In this document: in pieces, positions 17,592-26,378 of the stretch
How positions within the stretch are numbered: the stretch's first letter is position 1
How the letters are laid out: each line of letters begins with the position of its first letter
Source of the DNA: Chloroflexota bacterium
GTDB lineage: Bacteria; Chloroflexota; Anaerolineae; UBA4142
DNA length: 32,000 bases
Assembly (NCBI GenBank): GCA_016219275.1
Contig: JACRBM010000091.1
Coordinates: forward strand, 12,154-44,153
Direction of reading: 5' to 3'
Position numbers and translations under genes: made by a program
The notes under the pieces: generated by a model
The model's database searches: none
Told to the model about the DNA's origin: nothing
The model's input: the letters and a program-made list of their open reading frames with translations, nothing else

Positions 17592-18680
17592 ATGAGTGTT
17601 CAATATACAAGTCCACTGCACCAAACTGTTACGACTACAGTCACCGATTATTGGAACGATTCATGCGCGGTCGAAGAACTGACGTATGCGCTGGAGCATG
17701 GCGCAGTCGGCGCAACGACGAATCCGACGATTGTGTTGGACGTGCTGAAAAAAGAATCACAGTATTGGCGCGGGCAATTGCAAGAAATGATCCAGGCAAA
17801 TCCAATCGCGTCCGAAGATGAAATCGCTTGGTGGTTGATCGAGCAGATGGCAATGCGCAGCGCGAAATTATTGCTGCCGGTGTTTGAACGCGAGCATCAC
17901 AAAAAAGGTCGCCTCTCGATTCAAACGAACCCCACGTTTTATCGAAACGCTGAAGCGATTGTTGAGCAAGCCATGCACTTTAACTCGCTCGCGCCAAACA
18001 TACAAGCCAAAATCCCGGTCACTCATGCTGGGATCACTGCAATCGAAGAAGCGACCTATCGCGGTGTGAACATCAATGCGACGGTGTGTTTCACTGTGCC
18101 GCAATCGCTCGCCGTCGCCGAAGCCGTTGAACGCGGTTTGAAGCGCCGGGTCGCCGAGGGCAAGCACATCGATGACATGTCGCCGGTCTGCACGATCATG
18201 ATCGGTCGTCTCGACGATTGGATGCAGGCGCTGATCAAACGCGACGCGATTTCGTGCGATCCGGGGTGCGTGCATTGGGCGGGCATCGCGTGCATCAAAA
18301 AGGCATCGGGTATATATTCAGAGCGCGGCTATCGCACACGTTTGCTCGCGGCGGCGTATCGCCATCACTTGCATTGGTCCGAGTTGATCGGCGGCGATGT
18401 GGTGCTCACAATTCCGTACGTGTGGCAGCGTCAATTCAATGCGTCCGACATCGAAGTGAAGGAACGCTTTGCCAATCCGGTTGCACAAGAAATCATTGAC
18501 GAACTGCATAAATATTTTCCGGATTTTCGACGCGCGTATGATGTGGATGGATTGCGCTGTGAGGAATTCGATACATTTGGAGCAACCGTTCGCACGCTCC
18601 GTACATTCATCGCATCGTATCGCGAATTGATCGCCTACGTGCGCGATGTAATGCTTCCCGATCCGGAAATCCGGCGTTGA
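17592..18680 (+). CDS. Transaldolase family protein
   Basis: VGATTNPTIV, NIQAKIPVTHAGITAIEEA (Schiff-base Lys context), NATVCFTVPQSLAVAEAVERG. Confidence 0.88.
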   Translation: MSVQYTSPLHQTVTTTVTDYWNDSCAVEELTYALEHGAVGATTNPTIVLDVLKKESQYWRGQLQEMIQANPIASEDEIAWWLIEQMAMRSAKLLLPVFEREHHKKGRLSIQTNPTFYRNAEAIVEQAMHFNSLAPNIQAKIPVTHAGITAIEEATYRGVNINATVCFTVPQSLAVAEAVERGLKRRVAEGKHIDDMSPVCTIMIGRLDDWMQALIKRDAISCDPGCVHWAGIACIKKASGIYSERGYRTRLLAAAYRHHLHWSELIGGDVVLTIPYVWQRQFNASDIEVKERFANPVAQEIIDELHKYFPDFRRAYDVDGLRCEEFDTFGATVRTLRTFIASYRELIAYVRDVMLPDPEIRR

Positions 18681-18699
18681 GTAGGGGCGAGGTGACACA

Positions 18700-20172
18700 A
18701 TGACCCGGCAGCTAGAAAATTTTATCGATGGACAATGGATGCGCTCGCAGGCGTCCGAATATCTCGACATTATGAATCCCGCGACCTTGGAAACACTCGC
18801 CCAGGTCCCCCTGTCGCCCGGCGCAGACGTGATGATCGCGGCAAACGCAGCAAGCCAGGCAAGCGTCGAATGGCGACGGACACCGGCGGGCGAACGCATT
18901 CAATACCTCTTCAAATTGAAAAATCTTTTAGAACAACATCTCGACGAACTCGCGCGTGCGATCACCATCGAGTGCGGCAAGACGCTGGCAGAAAGCATCG
19001 GCGAATTGCAACGCGGGATCGAGAATGTACAAGTCGCGTGCGGCATTCCCTCGTTGATGCAAGGCAACGTCAGCGAAGATATTGCGCGCGGGATCGACGA
19101 AACGATGATTCGTCAGCCGCTCGGTGTTGTCGCCGCGATTACGCCCTTTAATTTTCCGGCGATGATTCCGCTCTGGTTTCTGCCGTATGCTGTTGCGACC
19201 GGCAACTGTTTCATTCTCAAGCCGAGCGAGCGTGTTCCGCTAACGGCATGCAAATTGTTCGAGTTGATTCAAGCCGCCGGTTTTCCACCCGGCGTCGTTC
19301 AACTGATTCACGGTGGCAAAGCAACCGTGGATGCGATTTTGGATCACCCAGTTATTCGCGCCGTGAGTTTTGTCGGCTCGACCCAGGTCGCGCGCTACAT
19401 CTACAGTCGCGCGGCAGCGCAGGGGAAGCGCGCGCAATGTCAAGGCGGCGCGAAAAATCCGGTCGTGATTATGCCGGATGCGGACATGACTTCGGCAACG
19501 CGCGTCCTTGCCGATTCGGCATTCGGCTGCGCGGGGCAACGCTGTCTCGCCGCCGCCGATGCGATCGCCGTCGGCGATGCGCATCGCGCATTCACCGAAC
19601 AAATCGTCGAGGTCGCGATGAATCGCAGAGTCGGTTATGGTCTCGAAAAAGATGTCGAGATGGGTCCGGTCATCAGCGCGGCGAGTCAATCGCGCATTGC
19701 CAATTTGATCGAACAGGGGAAAGCGGAAGGCGGAAAAATTCTGGTCGATGGACGTGAGCGTCAAGTGCGCGGGTACGAACAAGGTTATTTTATCTTTCCG
19801 ACGATCATCGATGCACTGCCAGCCGAAAGCCAGCTTGCCAAAACTGAAATCTTTGGTCCCGTGTTAAGCACGACCCAGGTCAACACACTCGACGAAGCGA
19901 TCGGCTTGGTCAATCTGCGGCGCTATGGCAACAGCGCGTGCATCTTCACTTCGAGCGGTGCGGCGGCGCGACAATTTCGGTACGAAGTGAATGCCGGAAA
20001 TGTCGGCGTGAACATTGCGATTGCCGCACCGATGGCGTACTATCCGTTTAGCGGCTGGGGCGACAGTTTCTTCGGCGACTTGCACGGACAAGCGCGGCAT
20101 GGTGTTGAGTTTTACACGCAGACCAAAGTGGTGGTTGAGCGGTGGTCCCAAGAGTGGACCAGAAAATTTTGA
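18700..20172 (+). CDS. CoA-acylating methylmalonate-semialdehyde dehydrogenase-like aldehyde dehydrogenase (MmsA/IolA type)
   Basis: QPLGVVAAITPFNFPAMIPLWFLPYA, GGAKNPVVIMPDAD, GCAGQRCLAAADAIAVG, EIFGPVL. Confidence 0.88.
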   Translation: MTRQLENFIDGQWMRSQASEYLDIMNPATLETLAQVPLSPGADVMIAANAASQASVEWRRTPAGERIQYLFKLKNLLEQHLDELARAITIECGKTLAESIGELQRGIENVQVACGIPSLMQGNVSEDIARGIDETMIRQPLGVVAAITPFNFPAMIPLWFLPYAVATGNCFILKPSERVPLTACKLFELIQAAGFPPGVVQLIHGGKATVDAILDHPVIRAVSFVGSTQVARYIYSRAAAQGKRAQCQGGAKNPVVIMPDADMTSATRVLADSAFGCAGQRCLAAADAIAVGDAHRAFTEQIVEVAMNRRVGYGLEKDVEMGPVISAASQSRIANLIEQGKAEGGKILVDGRERQVRGYEQGYFIFPTIIDALPAESQLAKTEIFGPVLSTTQVNTLDEAIGLVNLRRYGNSACIFTSSGAAARQFRYEVNAGNVGVNIAIAAPMAYYPFSGWGDSFFGDLHGQARHGVEFYTQTKVVVERWSQEWTRKF

Positions 20173-20186
20173 AATAGGAGTAGAAC

Positions 20187-20840
20187 GTGTCAAGGCTTGA
20201 ATCAATCCGGACAGCAGTTATCGAAGGCGATGCGAATCAAACGCGAACCGATGTAACTCGAGGTTTAGCCGAGGGAATCAGCGCTGCCGACATTTTGAAC
20301 AAGGCGCTTGTTTCCGCAATGTCCGAAGTCGGAAAACGTTTTGAAGAAGGTGAGTATTTTGTGCCTGAAATGCTGATCTCGGCGCGTGCTATGAAAGAAG
20401 GCTTGGCAATTCTCAAGCCGAAACTTGCCGCGGCAGCCGTTGAACCGGCTGGCAAAATTGCGATTGGCACCGTTAAAGGTGATCTGCACGACATTGGCAA
20501 AAATCTCGTCGCGATGTTGATGGAAGGGGCTGGGTTCAAAGTCTTCGATTTGGGCGTAGATGTCTCACCAGAAAAATTTAGCCAAGCCGCCACAAATGAT
20601 ATTCAGGTCATTGCGATGTCTGCCTTGCTCACCACGACGATGCCGATGATGCAACAAACCATTCAGCATTTGAATAAAATGGGTGTGCGTAATCGTGTGC
20701 ATGTTATTGTCGGTGGCGCGTCGGTGACCGAAGCGTTTGCACAATCCATCGGCGCTGATGCCTTTGCGCCTGACGCAAGCACCGCCGCACGCAAAGCGCT
20801 CGCACTTGTCAAAAAGCAATCTTTGTTTTGTGTTCGATGA
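20187..20840 (+). CDS. B12-binding corrinoid protein (methyltransferase cognate corrinoid protein)
   Basis: Two-domain MtbC/MtaC/MetH-like pattern: cap domain GKRFEEGEYFVPEML, then GDLHDIGKNLVAMLMEGAGFKVFDLGVDV (DxHxxG) and GGASVTEAFAQSIGADAFAPDA. GTG start with AGGAG upstream. Confidence 0.95.
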   Translation: MSRLESIRTAVIEGDANQTRTDVTRGLAEGISAADILNKALVSAMSEVGKRFEEGEYFVPEMLISARAMKEGLAILKPKLAAAAVEPAGKIAIGTVKGDLHDIGKNLVAMLMEGAGFKVFDLGVDVSPEKFSQAATNDIQVIAMSALLTTTMPMMQQTIQHLNKMGVRNRVHVIVGGASVTEAFAQSIGADAFAPDASTAARKALALVKKQSLFCVR

Positions 20841-21040
20841 GATTTGGCGTCACCGAATCCCATCGGATCAATCAATTTAGTGGTCAAATGATTCTTCCCC
20901 ACCACTCTCACTGTCGTTACAATCCGCTAACCAACGAATGGATTTTGATTTCTCCTCATCGTGATTAAATCTGTCCGAGCCACGGATAGATTGAATCGCA
21001 AGCACCGACAGAGCTATTCGTATGTGCCAGTTTGTTATCT

Positions 21041-21739
21041 CTACCGGGGCAATCGGCGCGCGGCTGGCAAATTAAACCCACTCAATAACCACATGTTTGT
21101 TTTCGGGAATGACATTGCTCCTTGGTTGCCCAAGCCAATGCCATGTAAGGATGCTCGAATGAGATGACTACCACATTCGCCGCAAAACAATTTACTGGTC
21201 ACAGGAAAAAGCGTTCGGGTTCTGGTAGTCAAAGAATGTGGTTTTCGATGCATCCGCTTGCGAATTTCCTGACAGCGCTCAAACACTTCGGTCGTGACCA
21301 AGGACGGGTGGCTACCGTCTTGCAACAAGGTCGGGTTGTATCGTTTCGACTTGGTACCGTGTTCGGTTGTGCCAAAGTACGGAACGCGTCCAGTGTAGAA
21401 GACGCGCATCAGCAGTTCGCGAACACTGTCGCGCGTGAACTGTTGTGGTCCACCTCGTGGTTGCAAGCGTTTGGTCCGAAAGTGTCGCGTGGTTCCGTCG
21501 GGTAGCGTCACGACATAGCCGTTCAACTTTTCGGCGATAAGCCCGTCGCAATATTTTCCTGCTTGATGCCAATCGAAGGAAAGGTGGACTGCAATGCTTT
21601 CAATAGGATGAAGGATCAGAGATTTTCCATCACTACGATTGGTTTCGGAGTAATATGGACAGTAGTTCAATCCATTGGTCATCATTGCATGGCGGATCGC
21701 TCTGAGTGCACCTCCATCCTCATCGTCAGGATCGAGCAA
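21041..21739 (-). pseudogene. Serine recombinase remnant (recombinase domain plus partial zinc ribbon, no catalytic resolvase domain)
   Basis: HLSFDWHQAGKYCDGLIAEKLNG ... VRELLMRVFYTGRVPYFG ... LFCGECGSHLIRAS. N-terminal catalytic domain missing; second ribbon half not evident. Confidence 0.7.
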
Positions 21740-22590
21740 AGGTCACAGTATCCAACTCACCCTGGATGGCAAGACCTTGCGCGGCACCATCCCCGCAGGA
21801 CACACGCGCGGCGTTCATCTCTTGGCGGCGTTCTTGCCGGGCGAAGGCTGGGTGATGGCGCAAGTCGAGGTGGGCGCGAAAGAAAACGAAATTCCCGCCG
21901 CCGCGCGCGTCTTAAAATGCCTGGATTTACAGGGTAAAATCATCACCGGCGATGCTCTGCTTGCCCAACGCGAGTTATCGCGCCAGATTGGTGAGGCGCA
22001 GGGCGACTACGTTTGGACGGTGAAAGCCAATCAACCGCAACTGTGTCAGGATCTGGAAACGCTGTTTGCCGGCGAATCCTGCACCCCGGGCTTTAGTGCG
22101 GCGACGAAAGATTTTCGCTCGGCGGAAACGGTGGACAAGGCGCACGGACGGATTGAGCTGCGCACCCTCACGGCGAGTCAGGAATTAAAGGGCTATCTCG
22201 ACTGGCCCTATGCCGAACAAGTCTTTCAACTCGAACGTCGTTTTGGGCGTGTGGCGGACGGGCGCGTGATGCATGAAGTCGTCTATGGGATCACCAGCCT
22301 GACCGCCCACGAAGCGAATGCCCCACGCTTACTCGAGCTTGTGCGGGGGCATTGGTTGATTGAGAACCGGTTGCATTATCGCCGCGATCAAACGATGCGC
22401 GAAGATTGGTATCACGTGCGCTTGGGAACGGCACCGCAGGCAATGGCCGTGATTAACAATCTGGTCTTGGGCTTGCTAGACAAGCAATCTTTTCGGAGTG
22501 TGCCAGAAGCGCGGCGTTACTATGCGGCTCACCTTGATCAAGCTTTGAGTCTGCTCGTGCAATCGCCGTGCTGACTTTGCACGCGCCCTG
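21736..22590 (+). mobile_element. 5'-truncated ISAs1-family element with transposase fragment (ORF about 21750-22574) and right terminal end
   Basis: LTLDGKTLRGTI...VHLLAAF, KENEIPAAARVL, ITGDALLAQRELSRQI, GDYVWTVKANQPQL, GHWLIENRLHYRRDQTMREDW. End CTGACTTTGCACGCGCCCTG resembles an ISAs1-type terminal repeat. No left end seen. Confidence 0.85.
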
Positions 22591-22609
22591 GATGAGGCGA
22601 CTCGGCGCA

Positions 22610-22638
22610 TTGACTTTTCCGGCGATTCGGCATATACT
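22610..22638 (+). promoter_or_regulatory. Candidate promoter TTGACT-17 nt-TATACT
   Basis: TTGACT 22610-22615, TATACT 22633-22638. Confidence 0.75.
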
Positions 22639-22716
22639 CACGATTGTAAGGAGTTTCTGACGATGAGTGGTTTTCCCGCCCGAGGGCAACGGGAATCAGC
22701 TTGCAATTTTCAAAGG

Positions 22717-22750
22717 CACTAGACGCGCCCGTGCGCGTCTGGTGTTTTTT
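22717..22750 (+). terminator. Intrinsic terminator or attenuator upstream of the SWIM gene
   Basis: CACTAGACGCGC-CCGT-GCGCGTCTGGTG 12-bp stem (one T-G wobble) running into GTGTTTTTTG. Confidence 0.75.
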
Positions 22751-22779
22751 GTTTGGCAAATCCCAGTCAGGAGGTTGTG

Positions 22780-23055
22780 ATGGATTCGAGTATGTACGGT
22801 AAGATCGAAAAGGCAAAGCGGTACGCCGCCGAAGCGGATCGCCGCGTCGTCTTTACCAAGTTCGAAGTGAAACTCGAAGGGGACAACAACACGTACACCG
22901 TGGCTTTTGATTTGGGTCGTTGGTCGTGCGGATGCCGCTACTTTGCGACGCACGGCTTGTGCAGTCACACGATGGCGATGGAACGCGTATTAGGCAGCAA
23001 GATTCCACCTTCGCCCGAAGCGGTTGCAACGGTGGTGGGTGTAACGAACAACTGA
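22780..23055 (+). CDS. SWIM-type zinc finger protein
   Basis: WSCGCRYFATHGLCSHTMAME (CxCx(n)CxH). ATG 22780 with AGGAGG upstream. Confidence 0.8.
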   Translation: MDSSMYGKIEKAKRYAAEADRRVVFTKFEVKLEGDNNTYTVAFDLGRWSCGCRYFATHGLCSHTMAMERVLGSKIPPSPEAVATVVGVTNN

Positions 23056-23105
23056 ATACGCGAGTAGAACGCGAGACCCGAAGGGTGATTGCCCTTCGGG
23101 TCTTT

Positions 23106-23699
23106 TTATTCGCCAAAATGTTTGAGCAGTTCGCGCGCGTGTTCCGCCGCGCGGGCGCGATGGCTGATGCGATTTTTTTCTGCGCTCGACAATTCCGCCA
23201 TCGTCAACCCGCGTTCGGAAAACAGGAACACGGGATCGTACCCAAACCCGTTCGCGCCGCGCGGCGCGAACGCAATTTCGCCTTCGCACGCGCCGGCGCA
23301 TTCGCGCGTGTCGCCGCGCGGCGACGCGAGGACGATGACACACCGGAAACGCGCGGCGCGTTGTGCGCGCGGCACGTCGCGCAGTTTGTCGAGTAAGAAG
23401 ACGACGCGCGCCGCGTCGCTCGCATCGTCGCCGGCGTACCGTTTCGAGCGGATGCCTGGCTCGCCGCCGAGCGCGTCCACTTCTAACCCGGAATCATCCG
23501 CGAGGGTGAGCAAACCGCTTGCGCGCGCGTACGCGGTCGCCTTGAGGTGCGCGTTCTCCGCAAAGGTCGCGCCGGTCTCTTCCACATCGTCTTGAATGCC
23601 AACATCGTCAAGCGTGACGAGTTCGTAGGGCAATCCCGCGAAGATTTCCTGATACTCGCGCAGTTTGCCGCGATTGTGCGTCGCAATCAACAATTTCAT
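23106..23699 (-). CDS. rdgB: XTP/dITP diphosphatase (RdgB/HAM1 family)
   Basis: MKLLIATHNRGKLREYQEI, GATFAENAHLKA, LADDSGLEVDALGG, GFGYDPVF, SHRARA. Confidence 0.95.
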   Translation of the reverse strand: MKLLIATHNRGKLREYQEIFAGLPYELVTLDDVGIQDDVEETGATFAENAHLKATAYARASGLLTLADDSGLEVDALGGEPGIRSKRYAGDDASDAARVVFLLDKLRDVPRAQRAARFRCVIVLASPRGDTRECAGACEGEIAFAPRGANGFGYDPVFLFSERGLTMAELSSAEKNRISHRARAAEHARELLKHFGE

Positions 23700-24038
23700 C
23701 TATACACTGATCACTTTCGCCGCGCCATTCATCGCGGCGATGATGTCGCCCATGCCGCCGACAATGCCGACGCGCACCTGCTCACGCAAGCCAAGAAAAT
23801 CGAGACACGTTTGGCAAATGACGAGTCGTGTCGCTTTGCCGGCGAGATTTTGTAACGGTTCCAAAACGGGCGAACCCGCGCACGCCAGTTTGACGCCTTC
23901 GCCGTAAAACGCGATGACCCCGGGCGGCGTGTCTTGATTGAGCAACGTCAAAAACGTCGCCGCGAGTTTTTGTTGCAACGCAGTGGGCGCATCGCCCATC
24001 CCAAAACGCGTAAAGAGAATCACGGTGTCCGAATTCAT
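23700..24038 (-). CDS. DsrE/YedF-like sulfur/selenium-metabolism family protein
   Basis: LVICQTCLDFLGLREQVRVGIVGGMGDI; abuts rdgB directly (translationally coupled). Confidence 0.8.
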   Translation of the reverse strand: MNSDTVILFTRFGMGDAPTALQQKLAATFLTLLNQDTPPGVIAFYGEGVKLACAGSPVLEPLQNLAGKATRLVICQTCLDFLGLREQVRVGIVGGMGDIIAAMNGAAKVISV

Positions 24039-24059
24039 TTTGGTTTCCTCTTGTCACTC

Positions 24060-24088
24060 TTGACCTTGTAAACCAATCGCGCTACAAT
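24060..24088 (+). promoter_or_regulatory. Candidate promoter TTGACC-17 nt-TACAAT
   Basis: TTGACC 24060-24065, TACAAT 24083-24088, upstream of the ORF at 24133. Confidence 0.65.
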
Positions 24089-24132
24089 GCGACTGCTTTG
24101 ATTTCAAAATCTCCAACCCATACGGGGGGCGT

Positions 24133-24603
24133 GTGGAAATTCTGGTTGTAATTCTGTTGCTGGCGTTGATCGCGCTTGGCGGCTGGGTCGTCTTTCTCGA
24201 ACTGCGGCATCAAAAACTCGCGGCAGCGTTTCGCACGGTGATGACCGGTCGCGCGGGCGCGGACTTGGAATCTATCTTGATGGATTACCTGGCGCGGATG
24301 GATCGCGTCGAGCAAGTGGCGCAGGCAGTAGAGCAACATCTTGTGCACATCGAAAGCAAAATGCCGTTCCTGATCCAGCACGTCGGCATCGTGCGCTTCA
24401 ATCCATTCTCGGACAAGGGCGGCGACCAGAGTTTCGTCGTCGCGGTGCTCGACGACCACACCGACGGTTTTGTATTCAGCGGCTTGCACTCGCGCACCGA
24501 TGTGCGCGTCTACGCCAAGCCGGTCGTCAGCGGACAATCCACCTACACATTGACCGCCGAAGAAAAAGAAGCCATCGCGCGCGCGATGAAACCGCGGACG
24601 TGA
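24133..24603 (+). CDS. DUF4446-like membrane-anchored protein
   Basis: N-terminal TM, coiled middle, then IVRFNPFSDKGGDQSFVVAVLDDHTDGFVFSGLHSRTDVRVYAKPVVSGQSTYTLTAEEKEAI, which matches my recollection of DUF4446. Confidence 0.75.
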   Translation: MEILVVILLLALIALGGWVVFLELRHQKLAAAFRTVMTGRAGADLESILMDYLARMDRVEQVAQAVEQHLVHIESKMPFLIQHVGIVRFNPFSDKGGDQSFVVAVLDDHTDGFVFSGLHSRTDVRVYAKPVVSGQSTYTLTAEEKEAIARAMKPRT

Positions 24604-24636
24604 TTTTGGATTTTCGATTTCTGATTTTCGATTTGC

Positions 24637-24669
24637 CGCCGTTGAAGTTTTTTCCTCGCTTCAACGGCG
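24637..24669 (+). terminator. Intrinsic terminator between convergent genes
   Basis: Perfect 11-bp stem CGCCGTTGAAG / CTTCAACGGCG followed by TTTCTTTTAG. Confidence 0.7.
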
Positions 24670-24731
24670 TTTCTTTTAGTAGCGAATTCACAATACGCAA
24701 TACGCAATTTGCCATTCGCCATCCGCCATTC

Positions 24732-26198
24732 CTAATTCGCTGCCGCCAGTTCGACCTCACGTTGCCGCGCCGGACGCGCGTGCCACACGCTCAACGCGCC
24801 GGTAAAACCGAAACTCGCCGCGTACAACAACAAGTACGGCAACGTCCAGTACGCGTGCTGATGCCACGCAATCGCCGCGCCGACCAGCGCGTACACGGCA
24901 AGCGCCCACTCGCCAATCGTTTCCCAGCCCAATGTCAACGCGTACCGTTTTTCCGTCCACGAATCGCCGTCCGCTTCGACGCGGAATTTCGGCGTGCGGC
25001 GAAACGTGTTGCCGCGCCGCGTGAGCGCCTCGATCACGGCGATAGAATTGTTGAGCGCCAGCCCGGTACCCAGTAGCAGCAGCACGCTGAAATAGCGCAT
25101 CCGCGAGATCCAATCGGGATACAACGCGCGTTGCGACATGCCGTAGATCGTCACCGGACCCAGCATTGCGAAACTGAACAGCATCATCACGTCGGCGAAC
25201 TGAACGCGCCACGCGAGAAGCGGCACAAGCATAATCAGCATGACGATCAGCAAGGGATTCATTAGATAGCCGGACAGATGAAGCAAACCGACGATGCGTT
25301 TGAACCAGGGCACGCCCGGTGCGGTGAGAATGCGCGGTCCCAGTTTGACGAGACATTGGGTTGAACCCTTTGCCCAGCGAAATTGTTGACGCTTGTACGC
25401 GTGAATCTGCGGCGGCAACTCGGCAGGCGAGATCACGTCCGGCAAAAACAAGAATTGCCAGCCGCGCAGTTGCGCGCGGTACGACAAGTCCAGGTCTTCG
25501 CTCAACGTATCGCCGTGCCAGCCGCCCGCATCGTCAATACACGCGCGCCGCCACACGCCGGCGGTGCCGTTAAAGTTAAAGAACAAGCCATTGCGCGAGC
25601 GCGCGACCTGCTCGACGACGAAATGTCCATCGAGCGCGATCGCTTGCGCGCGGGTCAACGCCGAGTAATCGTGATTGAGATGTCCCCACCGCGTTTGCGT
25701 CATCCCCAGCTCGGGGCGCGCGAGAAAATGCGGAATCGTCTTTTTGAGAAAATCGGTCGGCGGCACAAAGTCCGCGTCAAAGATCGCGATAAATTCGCCG
25801 GTCGCGTACTTTAATCCTTCGGACAGCGCGCCGGCTTTGAACCCGCTGCGGTCCGCGCGGCGAATCAGCGCAATGTCCACGCCGCGCCGGCGATGGTACT
25901 CGACACGCGCTTGCGCGATCGCGGTCGTCTCATCGTCCGAATCGTCGAGCACCTGGATTTGCAACCGGTCGCGCCGCCAATCGAGCAGTGCCGCCGCGTC
26001 AATCAATCGTTCGACGACGTACAGCTCGTTAAAGATCGGCAATTGCACCGTCACGCGCGGCATCACGAACAATGTCGGCGTCGTGGTCTTGTTGTTGCGT
26101 TTACGCCAAAACAAACCAACCGATAGAATGAGATTCAAACCATAGATGCCAAGAAAAATCGCGGCAATCAAATAAACCCAATAAAAAATTCCTGCCAC
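24732..26198 (-). CDS. Glycosyltransferase family 2 membrane protein (cellulose-synthase-like)
   Basis: VTVQLPIFNELYVVERLIDAA, LDDSDDET, FDADFVPP, TLSEDLDLSYRAQLRGW, QRFRW-like QQFRWAKG. GTG at 26198 with GGAGG upstream preferred over ATG 26261. Confidence 0.88.
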   Translation of the reverse strand: MAGIFYWVYLIAAIFLGIYGLNLILSVGLFWRKRNNKTTTPTLFVMPRVTVQLPIFNELYVVERLIDAAALLDWRRDRLQIQVLDDSDDETTAIAQARVEYHRRRGVDIALIRRADRSGFKAGALSEGLKYATGEFIAIFDADFVPPTDFLKKTIPHFLARPELGMTQTRWGHLNHDYSALTRAQAIALDGHFVVEQVARSRNGLFFNFNGTAGVWRRACIDDAGGWHGDTLSEDLDLSYRAQLRGWQFLFLPDVISPAELPPQIHAYKRQQFRWAKGSTQCLVKLGPRILTAPGVPWFKRIVGLLHLSGYLMNPLLIVMLIMLVPLLAWRVQFADVMMLFSFAMLGPVTIYGMSQRALYPDWISRMRYFSVLLLLGTGLALNNSIAVIEALTRRGNTFRRTPKFRVEADGDSWTEKRYALTLGWETIGEWALAVYALVGAAIAWHQHAYWTLPYLLLYAASFGFTGALSVWHARPARQREVELAAAN

Positions 26199-26310
26199 AC
26201 TACCTCCGATGAAACCAGGATAACAGTGCGGGAGTATACCACTGAATAAAAAATTCAACAAGGTTTGTGCCGTGGCTGGTATCCACGCGCGTCATTGCGA
26301 GCGCGGGCAA

Positions 26311-26360
26311 CACTCACCCCTCCCTTCCCTCCCCTTACCAAGGGGGGCTGGGTGGGGTGA
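26311..26360. repeat. Divergent short copy (E) of the CTCACCCC palindromic spacer repeat
   Basis: CACTCACCCCTCCCTTCCCTCCCCTTACCAAGGGGGGCTGGGTGGGGTGA. Confidence 0.5.
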
Positions 26361-26363
26361 TTG

Positions 26364-26372
26364 TGTTATAAT
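26364..26372 (+). promoter_or_regulatory. Extended -10 TGTTATAAT
   Basis: TGnTATAAT ends 6 nt before the GTG at 26379. Confidence 0.55.
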
Positions 26373-26378
26373 AGCGCC

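Noticed and set aside
17868-20205. Minus-strand ORFs under the transaldolase and MMSDH-like genes (135, 80, 193, 180, 113 aa)
   Set aside because: Shadows of well-supported + strand enzymes with intact catalytic motifs.
20841-21040. Possible tRNA or other RNA gene in the gap after the corrinoid gene
   Set aside because: No cloverleaf, T-loop (GGTTCRA) or strong promoter/terminator signature was recognised by eye.
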